Positions 1 through 12,346 of a DNA stretch of 64,000 nt are shown here, in pieces. The stretch is from Bispira polyomma (Eukaryota): NCBI GenBank assembly GCA_965649765.1, contig OZ287750.1, forward strand, positions 68,014,001-68,078,000, in the 5' to 3' direction. Made by a program: the position numbers and the translations under genes. The notes beneath the pieces are model-generated. The model worked only from the letters and a program-made list of their open reading frames with translations, was not told the DNA's origin and ran no database searches. Numbering within the stretch: position 1 is the first letter of the stretch; every line of letters begins with the position of its first letter.

Positions 1-929
1 ATTTTTTTTTGTAGAGAACAATAATTAACAAATTTATTCATAACATGATAATGTAGAAAACATATATTAGTCAGGCTATTCAAAATATTTGCAGGTTAAT
101 CTTCTCCAAAATGACTGAAGGATCAGTCTGAAATTTTGCAAATGTATACTTTACCACATAGATATCAAAAACACTTTATGGCATTTTGCTCAGATTTTAA
201 ATTTTGGATATTTTTTTTAAATTTTTTTGTTTAAATCTATGAAACATGAATAACTATAATTAATTATTGCATTTTGACACTTTGAATGTATTATAAACAT
301 ATAGAAAACCAGGTCAGAGAAGCTAATGCACTGGTCAAATTTGACCTATGACCTTGAAATCAAGGAGTTTGTGTCTTCTCTTTAATTGGTTACTTACAAT
401 GCCACCAAACTTTCTGGTATATTATTTTAACGATCAGCAGCCTTACTGGTAAAGGTTTTAAAAAACGGATCTGTCAAGGTCCCTTTTCTGGCCCCAAAAA
501 GGCCAATTTTTATGTTTTTGCTTTATATCTTATTAACAAGAGTTTTTAAACTTGGAATGTAATCAATGTATTGTGAGCCTATACAAAACCAGAGATTTGA
601 ACTACGACCTTAGGATCAAGGTCAAGTTGATGTCATGAAGGTCATAAATCAGAAGGAAACTGACGATATGCCCATTCAGGCATTCACATCTTGTTGTTCG
701 TTTGCTTGAACAATTTTTAATCTCTGACCGCTACAGTGGTCACTACATTCTTGTTTAAATGGTGGTTCCACTATGCCAATTTGGCCCTCAACCTTGCCGA
801 TTTTAAGGGGTGAAAACGGGGTTGTCGCGGTAGTTTGGAAGGATATTCAACAGGTTTGATATTTTCTAAAAGTACCCCAACTTACCTCCCCGACCTCTAA
901 AAACAGAAAGGTTGACATCGTCGAATAAG

Positions 930-1614
930 TTTGATGCTATTGTCATTACGTTCTGTCTGATAGGTCTTTTCTTATTCCAGGCCTGTCTTAACACACATAG
1001 GCAGGCTATGAAAACTTTTCACAAATTTTATGATTTTGGCGGCCATCTTGAATTTCCACGTCTTTTCCAGAAAAATGTCTTCTATATCATGAATGGTGCG
1101 AGATGGAGCGATTTTGACCTCATTTTTGGGCTATCAGGCATCTGGTTGAGGGGCTATGAAAACTTTTCACAAATTTTATGATTTTGGCGGCCAGCTTGAA
1201 ATTCTGGTTCTTCTTCGGAAATGTCCGCTATCTCCTAAACGGTGCGAGATAGATTGATTTCGACCTCATTTTTGACCCACAGGGCATCTTTTTCGAAGTC
1301 TGACAACTTTTCACAAATTTTAGAATTTTAGCGGCCTCCTGAATTTCCGCATCTTTTCCGGAAAAATGTCTGCTATCTCCTAAACAGTGCGAGATAGAGC
1401 GATTTCGACCTGATTTTTGGCCCACAGGGTATCTTGTTCAGAGTCTGACAACTTTTCACAAATTTTATGATTTTGGCTACAACTACAACCTACCCTTACA
1501 AAATCATACATACCTCACATTTTTATCAAGCTAACACCTTCATCTAATACAAACATCTATCAAACATTCTCCTGATCATCTGCCGAAGTGGCCCCCTGGG
1601 CCACTCTTATCTTG
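930..1614. mobile_element. Helitron/Helentron-like non-autonomous element with internal ~147-bp tandem repeat and terminal hairpin
   Basis: aacttttcacaaattttatgattttggc recurs at ~1012, 1161, 1305, 1451. Hairpin gtggccccctgggccac-tcttatcttgtt at ~1588-1616; the same terminus occurs at ~13384-13412. Confidence 0.55.
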
Positions 1615-2153
1615 TTTAGAGTAGTATGACTTTCCTTTCTTTAGAGTAGTATGGCTTTCCTTTATTCAGAGTAGTATTGCTTTCCTTTATTTAGAGTAGT
1701 ATGACTTTCCTTTATTCAGAGTAGTATGACTTTCCTTTATTCAGAGTAGTATGGCTTTAGTTTATTTAGAGTAGTATGACTTTCCTTTCTTTAGAGTAGT
1801 ATGGCTTTCCTTTATTAAGAGTAGTAGTAGTATGGCTTTCCTTTATTCAGAGTAGTATGGCTTTCCTTTATTCAGAGTAGTATGGGTTTCCTTTATATAG
1901 AGTAGTATGACTTTTCTTTATTTAGAGTAGTATGACTTTCCTTTATTCAGAGTAGTATGGCTTTCCTTTATTCAGAGTAGTATGGCTTTCCTTTATTTAG
2001 AGTAGTATGACTTTCCTTTCTTTAGAGTAGTATGGCTTTCCTTTATTTAGAGTAGTATGACTTTCCTTTATTTAGAGTAGTATGACTTTCCTTTCTTTAG
2101 AGTAGTATGGCTTTCCTTTATTCAGAGTAGTATGACTTTCCTTTATTCAGAGT
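1615..2153 (+). repeat. 25-bp minisatellite (~21 copies, AGTAGTATGACTTTCCTTTATTCAG) ending in the EIPR1 acceptor
   Basis: Directly visible; the last unit supplies the acceptor at 2150 and the first exon bases AGT. Confidence 0.97.
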
Positions 2154-2250
2154 CCTCTGGCAGCCTTCAGGAGAGAGCAATGAAGTAATAACAGTCACTG
2201 ACAACCAGCTTATTTTGTGGGACCTACAAGTGTCTGAAACCAGTGTCAAG
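2151..2250 (+). CDS. EIPR1: EIPR1/TSSC1 internal coding exon (VLWQPSGESNEVITVTDNQLILWDLQVSETSVK)
   Basis: ttcag acceptor at 2150, gtgact donor at 2251. Translation resembles EIPR1 segment VVWEP...ILLWDLQ. Phase 0 joins the next exon. Upstream exons lie outside the window. Confidence 0.9.
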
Positions 2251-4326
2251 GTGACTAGTATCATCATATTTGTGAGGAATAAGGCAGAGTAGTAGTACAG
2301 TGGCTCTATGCTGACAGACTTTTTTGTGTACATTTACTAGGTTTAGTAAGCGTCAATGATTTTTGCATGATTATGCCAATGCTTATTGGCATAATCATGC
2401 TTTCCTGGAGAAAGGGGATAGTGGAAGAACTTTGGTTACGGATGGTTACAACGTGTCCACAGGGTAATCTATGAACCTGTAGGGAGTTGTGCTCTTAAAT
2501 TTGGTATATATATATATATTCACTTTTTTGTCTTTAGTTGGTCCAAAATTAATTTGGTGTGATTATATGCAGTATAGTAGAAGTTTTCAAGTTTTATATA
2601 TTGGGATCCTCAGATTTGATTGAAGGGTTCATTACAGCCCCTTTCAAATGGTTTCAAAAGGAATTTATAATTTACATGACAAACATTAGGTTTGGGAAGA
2701 TATATACTATATATATATACATACTTTGGTTAATGGGTGGTTGTGGATGTAAGGAATATAAAATTTGCCACCATATGAAATTTGCAACCTAGAAAATGTT
2801 GTGTTTTGGGTAGAATTGTGGTAAATATTTGCTTAAATTGATATTTTTGTGACTAATTTGCCTTCCTTACCAGTTATGTTTTGCCAGTTTTAAGTTATTT
2901 GGCTTAAATTTTAGGGGTGACGAAGTTTAGATACAGGAGCAAATTTTAGATTCCTTATCAAGCTGAAAAAAAAAATATATATAGTGAACCCAATATATTG
3001 CATACAGGTTAACTGGAGTATTTTAAAGGATAAAAATTACAGAAGCTATATGTGTCAAAATAGGAATAAACTATATGGGGTCAGAAATGGATGGTTTTTG
3101 ATGGCAGGAAATATTTTTTTTCGTTTAGTAACAATTATAATTGAACTAAGTGTACCAGTGTAGCGCTAAAAAAAGTGTGTGGGGATACAAAATATGGCAA
3201 GGGGGCTTGCCAAATTTTTGTATCCCCTTGCAAAATAATGTATCCCGTGGAAACAAATAAATTTATTCTCTGACTACTTATATATGTGTATTATTTTAAA
3301 ACTTATAAGCCATTTTAGCTGAGTGCTATTTTATTTACCTTTTGTGATTTAGATTATTAAAGGATTCAAGTAAGTGTGACTAAAATAATGAATCTATGTA
3401 TACCTTTTGTGATTTGTAAAATGTTTGTGCATAGAGCAGCGACAGTTTAGCAAAAAAAAAATCTGTAATTGGATTAAACATGGGCTTTGATTAGCAAGGA
3501 ATTAATTTAAGTGATAGATTTGTTTGGGGTGCTATAGTGGCTTCTGTACTGATGATTAGTACTTTCTTTTGTCTATAGGGATAGTAACTAGTGGTTCACT
3601 ATCTTCGGACTAATTTTGGACGTTTTGCAAGCTATAACAGCTAAAAATGAAAATATTAAAATTGGAAAATAAATTATGGTTTGGTCGTTTCGAGAGCTGT
3701 CAAAAAACCCAATAATTTTGTAGGTAAACAAACTAACTTTTGTGAGCAACCAAAATATATAAAAAATTGTTTTTGTCAGGTTCTAAAGCAAACTTATGTG
3801 AAAAATAAATTATCAAAACATTTTTTAAGGCGATTCGGTTGTTCATACATATGTTTCTGATTTTACTTTGAATTTTGTCTTTGGTTTACCTAACTGGGTA
3901 CCCACAGTAGATAGTTCTCGAAATCCATTTTGATCGCTGACTAGTGACTGGTTTATTATTTCCAGACTTGTCAGTAACTTGCTTTGTAGCGGCATTATTA
4001 TGATATGGCCGCCAGGCCATTCTCCTCTTGTTGTAGAAAAGCTACTAAATATTGACAGATTAAATACTAACTATATCTTTGCTTCATATTCATAACGATA
4101 CAGAAGTAAATGTTATGTGGTTGAGATAAGCAATGTATCCGGATTTTGGGTAGATTTAGGTCTTGCACAATTTCCCTGTCCAAATTGTCTGCACAATAAA
4201 AAAAAATAAAGCAAGAGTAAACATTTTTTCTTGTATATTTATTATATATTTTACAAATTTTGATACTTTTAAAACGGAAGCACTAGGATTAGGATAACCT
4301 TCAGTTTTGCTATCACTGTTCTACAG

Positions 4327-4463
4327 CAAGTGTCCTCCGCATGTGTGGAAGGTAAAGGTCAGCCCAAACTGACCACTGGTGCGTGGAGTCCTCACCACAA
4401 CTGTACACAAGTAGCTACAGCCAATGGTACCTGTGTGAGAGGCTGGGACCTTAGATCTATGAA
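4327..4463 (+). CDS. EIPR1: EIPR1/TSSC1 coding exon ([46 protein letters not shown])
   Basis: ctacag acceptor, AA|gtaagt donor. [23 protein letters not shown] motif typical of EIPR1. Confidence 0.95.
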
Positions 4464-5006
4464 GTAAGTCTGTCTCAGTACCTGTGTGAGAGGCTGGGAC
4501 CTTAGATCTATGAAGTAAGTGTGTGTCAGTACCTGTGTGAGAGGCTGAGACCTTAGATCTATGAAGTAAGTGTGTGTCAGTACCTGTGTGAGAGGCTGGG
4601 ACCTTAGATCTATAAAGTAAGTGTGTGTCAGTACCTGTGTGAGAGGCTGGGACCTTAGATCTATGAAGTAAGTCTGTCTCAGTACCTGTGTGGGAGGCTG
4701 GGACCTTAGATCTATGAAGTAAGTGTGTCTCAGTACCTGTGTGAGAGGCTGGGACCTTAGATCTATGAAGTAAGTGTGTCTTAGTACCTGTGTGAGAGGC
4801 TGGGACCTTAGATCTATGAAGTAAGTGTGTCTCAGTACCTGTGTGAGAGGCTGGGACCTTAGATCTATGAAGTAAGTGTGTCTCAGTACCTGTGTGAGAG
4901 GCTGGGACCTTAGATCTATGAAGTAAGTCAGTCTCAGTACCTGTGTGAGAGGCTGGGACCTTAGATCTATGAAGTAAGTGTGTCTTAGTACCTGTGTGAG
5001 AGGCTG
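4427..5006 (+). repeat. 51-bp minisatellite (11.4 copies): last 37 nt of the EIPR1 exon plus GTAAGT donor and intron start
   Basis: Directly visible; explains the spurious minus-strand ORF 4392..5066. Confidence 0.98.
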
Positions 5007-5273
5007 AATAATATTTTTGGTTGGTTTGTAGCTGTAGGGTTTACATTCAAAGTCATAAGTATACAACTGTCCTAAGCGATGTAAAATGTGTAATAATGAA
5101 AGTGATCAAGTCTGCCACCTTTGTTGTACAACTTCATGAAATGAAATAAAAAGAAGAAGTTTAGAATGAATAACTTATGAAGAGTAGAGGATACACTGAT
5201 CTGTAGTGTTTGTGTGGCTATTACCTTGTGTCAGATTATTTATCCAGCACTTATTATATTTCCTATGTTTCAG

Positions 5274-5441
5274 ACAAGCTTTTACTATAGAGAATGCACA
5301 TGGTCAGCTTGTTCGAGATCTGGATTTCAATCCCAATAAACAGTATTACGTGGCAACGTGTGGAGACGACTGTAAAGCCAAGTTTTGGGACATCCGTAAA
5401 GCCAGCACACCTCTTAAAGTCCTGTCAGATCACTCACACTG
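5274..5441 (+). CDS. EIPR1: EIPR1/TSSC1 coding exon ([56 protein letters not shown])
   Basis: tttcag acceptor, TG|gtgagt donor. Highly conserved WD40 repeat, in ORF 5206..5445. Confidence 0.96.
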
Positions 5442-6924
5442 GTGAGTCGAAAAGTAGTATGAACCTGATTGTAGAAAGCTAACTAGCAAGTAGGAGCATT
5501 GGAACCGAAGCAATTTACACATCATTTATAAGTCAGGGGCCTGAGTATAAATATATGCATGTATTATATATTTATATCTGTATTTATCTACAGTTTGTAT
5601 TATCACTGTTCAACTATTTCTTGTACCGTACTTTCCGCCGCATTTCCCTTATCATCTATTACCCGCAGTCAGCCAATATAACATGTTTTGGAAATTATCC
5701 CTGTCATATAACCCGCATCACCTTATTACCCACACCTAACTTGAAGTAGTTTTTTTTAACAATACATCTTGATGCATATAGTAAGTTTGCAAGGCTTTGG
5801 TTTAGTTTTTTAAGTAAATTTGCAATCAGCAAATTTACTTTATAACATAGAAAAGGTGATCCCCCATCAGATATTTGAGGACAAGCTGGAATCGCTCATT
5901 TTTGGGACTTTTTCACTAAAACTTTTTGTGTGTGTGTGTCTCATATGTTGGAGATGGGGCAAATTTTTTTTTATGTCTTTGCCTGTCTTTTTCAGGGAGC
6001 TATGGCCCTTTTAATGTCATTTAGGGGTATTCCCCCCTCATTTGCTAAAGCAAAGATGATTGATGGGTTTTTTTCCTTATAAAAGTCTGTCCAGTGTTTC
6101 CCACTCTTTCTTTGAATGGGGCCTTGGGGAAATAATAATGAGGTAAATAAATAGACTCCCCCCTTTCTTCCTGCTATACAAGTAACTGCCTCACTCCTTC
6201 TTCACTGGTGGAAAAATCAATACTAGTCTTTTGTGTGATCTTATACAAGTGAGTGTCCCCCTCTCCCCTTTTGGCTACATACACAAACAATATAGTCATT
6301 TTCTGTTTTTTGTGTGTGAGTATGTGTGAATATTTGGCTATATGTATGCTTGTATATCAATGGAGCTTTGGGGGGGCTTATCATCTATAGCCTTTAATGT
6401 CTTTTTCCTCTCTAATTAAGGAACAGTATTTTTTTTTGACTGGTGTGCTTCTATATCAATGAAAGTTATATTTATTCAAAATTTGTTTGTTTGTTTTTCT
6501 TTTTTCTTTTTTTTTTTTTTTTTTTTGGTGGGGGGGGGGGGGGGGTGAAATTTGTCTTGGGGGGAGAGGGTGAACTCTTTTTTTTTTGGTGGGGGGAAAA
6601 ATTTTTTTACACACACAGGATACTCTCACTATTTGTGTGTGGTGGGGGCCCTAATTTATACACACACACAGGAAACTCTGGGGTGGGGGGAGCTTTGTAT
6701 TTATTGAATCATCCATTGTCAGTCTGATATTCCCTCTGCATGGCAATACCAAGGTGTGAAACAAGAGTACTAAAGGGTAGATCTAATTTTGGCCATTTCA
6801 TTTACTACCTTGTGACATAGAAACATGACATCGCATAGCATATTAGTATGTTTGTATTATTAACCACATTAATATAATTTTATACACTTGGTAGAAATAA
6901 AAGGGGCTGATCCCTACATATATA

Positions 6925-7944
6925 TGTTACACCCAATTGGTGAAATTGCCCATTTCATGAAATGGGCAATTTTGCTCAAAAACTCTTGCCCATTTCATGA
7001 AATGGGCAACCTTATGTACGGTAAATTATTTTTCGTACACAGAGAGGAAAAATGTAAGATATGAATTGTACTAGCTGTCATTTGATTTTATATTTTTAAA
7101 TATAATAATGTTTTAAATCCTTTTAGTTGTACAAACTATTACTTTATGATTCTAGCATAATTTTTTTAATATACTAGCCAAACTATTAAAAAAAGTAAAC
7201 GTTGTAGTAGTATTAGTCGTAAATTTTTGTAGCTGCATGCTAATAACATTTTAAAAGTTTAGATGACCTAGTATAAGGCATATTAACTGAGCTTCTTCAA
7301 ATATTTGTAATCTTTTGTATTCTTTTTAAAGAATAAATTTTCCTCATAGCTAATAGCTTGACATTAAAAGTTTAATTACAGGGAATTTAACTATTTTTAC
7401 TTGTTAATTTCAAAATAAACCACTATTACACAGTGACACCTTGTACCATAATACTGACTTAATTTCAAAAGAAACCAAAATGTGAGTAAGGTTTAAATGG
7501 CCCATGTTTTTTACATCCTTGAACTGAGCAAAACATTTGCCCAAATCCTGACTAATAATAACTTTACATAGAGCCAGACTAGCAGAGTCTGACAACACCT
7601 GTTTATGCTTGGAGCATGTTAAAAATTCAATGAACCACACCCCTAATACAAATTATGGTGATATATTGCAAACTGACTAACTAATATAAGAAATAAAAAT
7701 TATATTACTATATAGAAGTGGTTATATTTTGTATGCATAAGTTGTATAAATGTTAAAAAATAAAATAAAGTTAAAAAATCCCATTAGTCACATGTTTGAA
7801 TTACTGTATGTACAAAAGTTAAAATTTCGTACATTTACTTACCCATTTCGTGAAATGGGCAGAGAATTTATTGCCCACTTTGTGAAATGGGCAAGTATTT
7901 TGCTCATTTCACGAAATGGGCAATTTCATGGATTAGGTGTAACA
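6925..7944. mobile_element. MITE with TGTTACACC...GGTGTAACA termini and subterminal 24-bp palindromes
   Basis: Inverted ends in a (TA)n context; TTGCCCATTTCATGAAATGGGCAA at 6946-6969 and 6986-7009, variants at ~7840-7925. Confidence 0.8.
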
Positions 7945-8099
7945 TATATACCAACTTAAACACTACAACACTAAAACAATTATAAAGGTTGAGGGGGGGA
8001 GGGAAAAGGATACCAATGTGAGGTTATATCAGCCCTCATAAAAGCATCAGCATTGGTATCAAATTTAAAACTGAAGTTTGACACAAGATTCTCAGTTTT

Positions 8100-8630
8100 T
8101 TGTTTAAACATATTTTATTCACAATTAAGCAACAATCGCAAAAATACAATTATACAAAGCCTTCTTACAATGAGATATTTACAAAAAGAAGACAATGAAT
8201 GAAAAACACTGACAAGAATGAATAATGATAGAATGCTGGTGTGTGGTCAAAAACAGTCTCATTTAAAAGCGTTTTGATTTGTGTAAAAAAGTGTGGACTG
8301 CTTCAAATATTTTAATGTTTGTTTCATGATTTAGGTCACAACTACCGGATAAGATTAAATCTAATGTTAAACATTGAGTATTGACTGAAGTCATAACAGA
8401 ATTTATAAGCTCATATCAAATGTTGCTATATAATGGACAAGTAAAGAAGTAATGTTCAGGATCTTTGATAGGGTAACCGCAAGCACATGATTCATCGTCT
8501 GCTACATGAAGGTTGTGTTTTAAGTGAGTGTTCAGCTTACTGCATCCTAACCTTAAACAGGTATGTGTGATATTGGTGGATCTGACTCCAAAGCTGTAGA
8601 GTCGATTCTCAGTTTTTATACACAAGCCCT
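8100..8630 (-). mobile_element. LINE 3' fragment (ORF2 C-terminal CCHC-like region)
   Basis: ORF 8416..8625 LRLGCSKLNTHL...SCACGYPIKDPEHYFFTCPLY is typical of invertebrate non-LTR ORF2 C-termini. Confidence 0.75.
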
Positions 8631-8791
8631 GTTTGGGCCAAAGATCTGCGAGTTATATTTTTTAATTGGACCATAGCTTGAATTAAATAGCTGTCCAATT
8701 CAGACAGTTCACCCTCAACCTTTTTACACCTATTTTTAAGCTGCTACTGTAAACCTGCAGCACATGCTGAAATACTAATCTGCTGCCCATA

Positions 8792-11764
8792 GAAGCGTTT
8801 ATCAAATGATGATCCTAATTTAGGCATATTTTGGACTTTGAACCTCTATAACTCCACCAGTTTTCAACATTTTTAAAATGTTAGTGGCTCAACTAATAGG
8901 TATGGCATGCATTTATGATTCCACCAAATATTATGGCCATTGTATATATAGAAATATTTAATATGTTTATTTTTCCTTCTGTGATTGGGCTTAACCCAGT
9001 GATCAAACTATGATCCTATTTGTGGCCAAGTGACAGTGTGAACTTTTCACTGCTTGCATTTTATATGTTATGCCAAATATGAGACAAATATTGCCAATTC
9101 AGTATTATACGTAATATTTTATGTACGGAAAGGTGGGGGAAGAGAGGCAAAAATGGAAAAAACACATGTATTCTAAATAATTCTACTATTTATTTATACA
9201 TAGCATATTATATTCAATGGCTGATCTATTTTGTTCATTGTAAATGTTGTAGCCCAACTTACAATTTGGCCAACCTTAACATGAGCTATAGCCCAACTTA
9301 GGATCATAAGTTTGTCAGCCTATCTTAAGTTGGACCACCAGCCCATCTTACTAGCCAATCTTAAGATTGGCCAGGAAAACTAGCAAAACTTGAGATTGGA
9401 TTAAGATTGAAAACTAGCCCAACTTGAGATTTAATACGCAAGCCGTTCTGTCCCTTTTCGTGAGTCCATCAACATATCAGCAAGGAATCTCACTAAATAG
9501 GGACAGATTATTTGATCTATGAATTGTGGTAAAGTCCAATAAAGAAATTGAATTATAATTGCTGATCGGTGGATACTTTGGCTTAGCGTTGGCTAGGCCG
9601 CCGCCGCCGTAGAGAGATTTTTGTCGTTAACACTCTCAGCGGAATACTAGACCAGTTAGCTTAGCCAAATTTACAGGATATCTTTATTGGGAGGTAAGCT
9701 TCTCTGCGACTGAAATTAGCCTCATTCTGAAAAACAAGACGGCCGCCATTGGCATTTCTTTTAAAATTATCCACCTTTTTAGAGAGATTTTGGCCGTTAA
9801 CACTCTTAGCAGAAAACTAGACCAGCTAGCTTCACCAAATTTGCAGGATATCTTCATTGGCAGGTAAGCTTCTCTGCGACTGAAATTAGCCTCATTTTGA
9901 AAAACAAGATGGCCGCCATCGGCATTTCTTTGAAAACTACCCACCTTTTTCTACTGGCTGGTTCTCGTAACTAGAAGGTTAAATCTCTTCATAGGTGATA
10001 TGTGTAATAGATATATATGTCCTCTACAAGCATGCAGACACTTTACCTTGAAGCTCTTCATTGAAGGTCATTCACGGAGCGCCAAAGTACCCCATATAGC
10101 AAACTTTAAAAGTGCCTATATCTCCCTTATTATTGGTCCTAGAGGTTTGGTATGCGAAGCCTACCTATAGGAAATCATAGGCTAGGAATCTTCTGACGTG
10201 GTCAGATTTGACCTTAGATTCCTCATTCTAGGTCAAACAAGATATCCAAACTTAAAAATGCTTATAACTTGCTTATTATTGGTTCTAGAGGTTTGGCATG
10301 TGAAGCCTACCTATAGGAAATCATAGGCTGGGAATCTTCTGACGTGGTCAGATTTAACCTTAGATTCCTCATTCTAGGTCAAACAAGATATCCAAACTTA
10401 AATGTGCTTATAACTTGCTTATTATTGGTCCTAAAGCTTTGGCATGTGAAGCCTACCTATAGAAAATCATGGGCTGGAAATCTTCTGATGTGGTCATGTT
10501 TGACCTTTGGCCCCTCATTTAAGGTCAAACAAGGTATCCAAACTTAAAAGTCCTTATAACTCGCTTATTATTGGTCCTAGAGGTTTGCATTGTGAAACCA
10601 ACTTGTAGGTAATCATGGGCTGGGAATCTTCTGTTGTGGTCAGATTTGACCTTGGGCCCCTCCATCAAGGTCAGACGAGGGTAGTTAAACTTAGAGTGCT
10701 TATAACTCGCTTATTATTTGTCCTACAGTTTTGAGATGTAAAAGCAACCTATAGGAAATCATGGGCTAGTAGTCTTCTCATGTGGTCAGGTTTGACCTTG
10801 GGCCCCTCCTTCAAGGTCAAATGACAATAGCCAAACTTAAAAGTGCTTATAACTCGCTTATTATTGATCCTACAGGTTTCAAATGTAAAACCAACTTATA
10901 GGTAATCATGGGCTGAGAATCTTTTGATGTGGTCAGATTTGACCTTGGGCCCCTCCTTCAAGGTCAGACGAGGGTAGCCATAGCTTGGGTGCTTCCTACC
11001 TAGGGTGTTCTGTCTTTCTGGTGGATACAAATATGCATCGGTTTTCCTATGCGCTAGGTCTAGTTGTAATTATGACTTTATGCTGTCTATATAAATCAAA
11101 CCCTACAGTGTCATACCCTATAAGTCAAGATGGCTACTTGTAAAGTTAAAAACTATTTTTCTATGATATGTTCCTGCGTATTATGTTCCAATCTCAACTT
11201 TTGCTAGTTTTCCTGGCTGGTGGTCCATCTTAAGATAGGCTGGTAAACTTATAATCCTAAGTTGGGCTACAGCTCATCTTAAGGTTAGCCAAATTGTAAG
11301 TTGGGCTACAATATTTACAATGAAAAAAAATAGATCAGCCATTGAATACAATATGTTATATGTAAATAAATAGTAGAATTATTTAGAATACATGTGTTTT
11401 TTCCATTTTTGCCTTTCTTCCCTCACCTTTGTGTACATATAATATTACGTATAATACTGAATTGGCAATATTGTCCCATATTTGGCATAACATATAACAT
11501 GCAAGCAGTGAAAAGTTCACACTGTCACTTGGCCATAAATAGGATCATAGTTTGATCACTGGGTTTAGCCCAATCACAGAAGGAAAAATAAACATTAAAT
11601 ATTTCTATACATACAATGGCCATAATATTTGGTGGAATCATAAATAAATCCCAAACCTATTAGTTGAGCCACTGACATTTAAAAAATATTGAAAACTGGT
11701 GGAGTTATAGAGGTTCAAAGTCCAAAATATGCCTAAATTAGGATCATCATTTGATAAACGCTTC
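8792..11764. mobile_element. Foldback/MITE-like element with ~600-bp inverted arms (8792-~9400 and ~11187-11764), TA flanks
   Basis: gaagcgtttatcaaatgatgatcctaatttaggc... is the reverse complement of ...gcctaaattaggatcatcatttgataaacgcttc; arms align over hundreds of bp. Confidence 0.88.
9560..11065 (+). mobile_element. Helitron/Helentron-like element with ~146-147 bp internal satellite (~6 copies), nested in the foldback element
   Basis: aaacttaaaagtgcttataac period 146-147 from 10101 to 10980; 3' end gcatcgg...atgcgctaggtctagtt shared with the copy at 20885-21928. Confidence 0.75.
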
Positions 11765-12045
11765 TATAACAAGACCATACACAATTATATTATAAGAGGC
11801 ACATTTTCTTGATACATAATTTACACACAAGACTAACTCACACATATACTATTTATGTCCTAAACATGAAGCCACTACCGTAATACCACAATTTATGGCA
11901 AGGGCAGGAGTATTTTATTGAGCTTGACCTGGCAGCTTAATTACCTTAATCTGTGAAATTAAAGTTAGCCATGATCTGTCATACAACTAAACTTGATTGA
12001 AACCACTCAAGCCACAGTCTGATATTCCCTCTGCATGGCAATACT

Positions 12046-12346
12046 ATATAAACACCAAGTGGCACTACATTATGTAAACTTAATGTTGTACGAAGGCCTT
12101 CAGGCCTGAGTACCCATTAATTTTACATAATGTAAGTGCCCCGAGGTGTTTATCTATTATAAAACCCAACCCTACTAAAACAACATTTTTGAATGAAAAT
12201 TAAAATTAAATTAAGAATGCATTTTTTAAATATTTACTTTATTAAATGCTAGAAAAACACTACCACTACATTATTTTCTACCACTACGTTATTAAAAAAT
12301 AATGTAGTGACACTTCAATGGCAATGCATACAGCTTGGGTTTTATA
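12046..12346. mobile_element. ~300-bp MITE-like insertion interrupting a copy of sequence 6720-6910
   Basis: Imperfect inverted ends tataaacaccaag / cttgggtttttata; flanks are contiguous in the paralogous copy at 6720-6910. Confidence 0.6.

Noticed and set aside
4392-5066. 224-aa minus-strand ORF of 17-aa repeats
   Set aside because: Antisense reading of the 51-bp junction array; no independent gene signals.
6495-6600. Poly-T/poly-G runs giving an FFFF-GGGG ORF (G/C runs also at 39823 and 53889)
   Set aside because: Low-complexity homopolymers, not coding.
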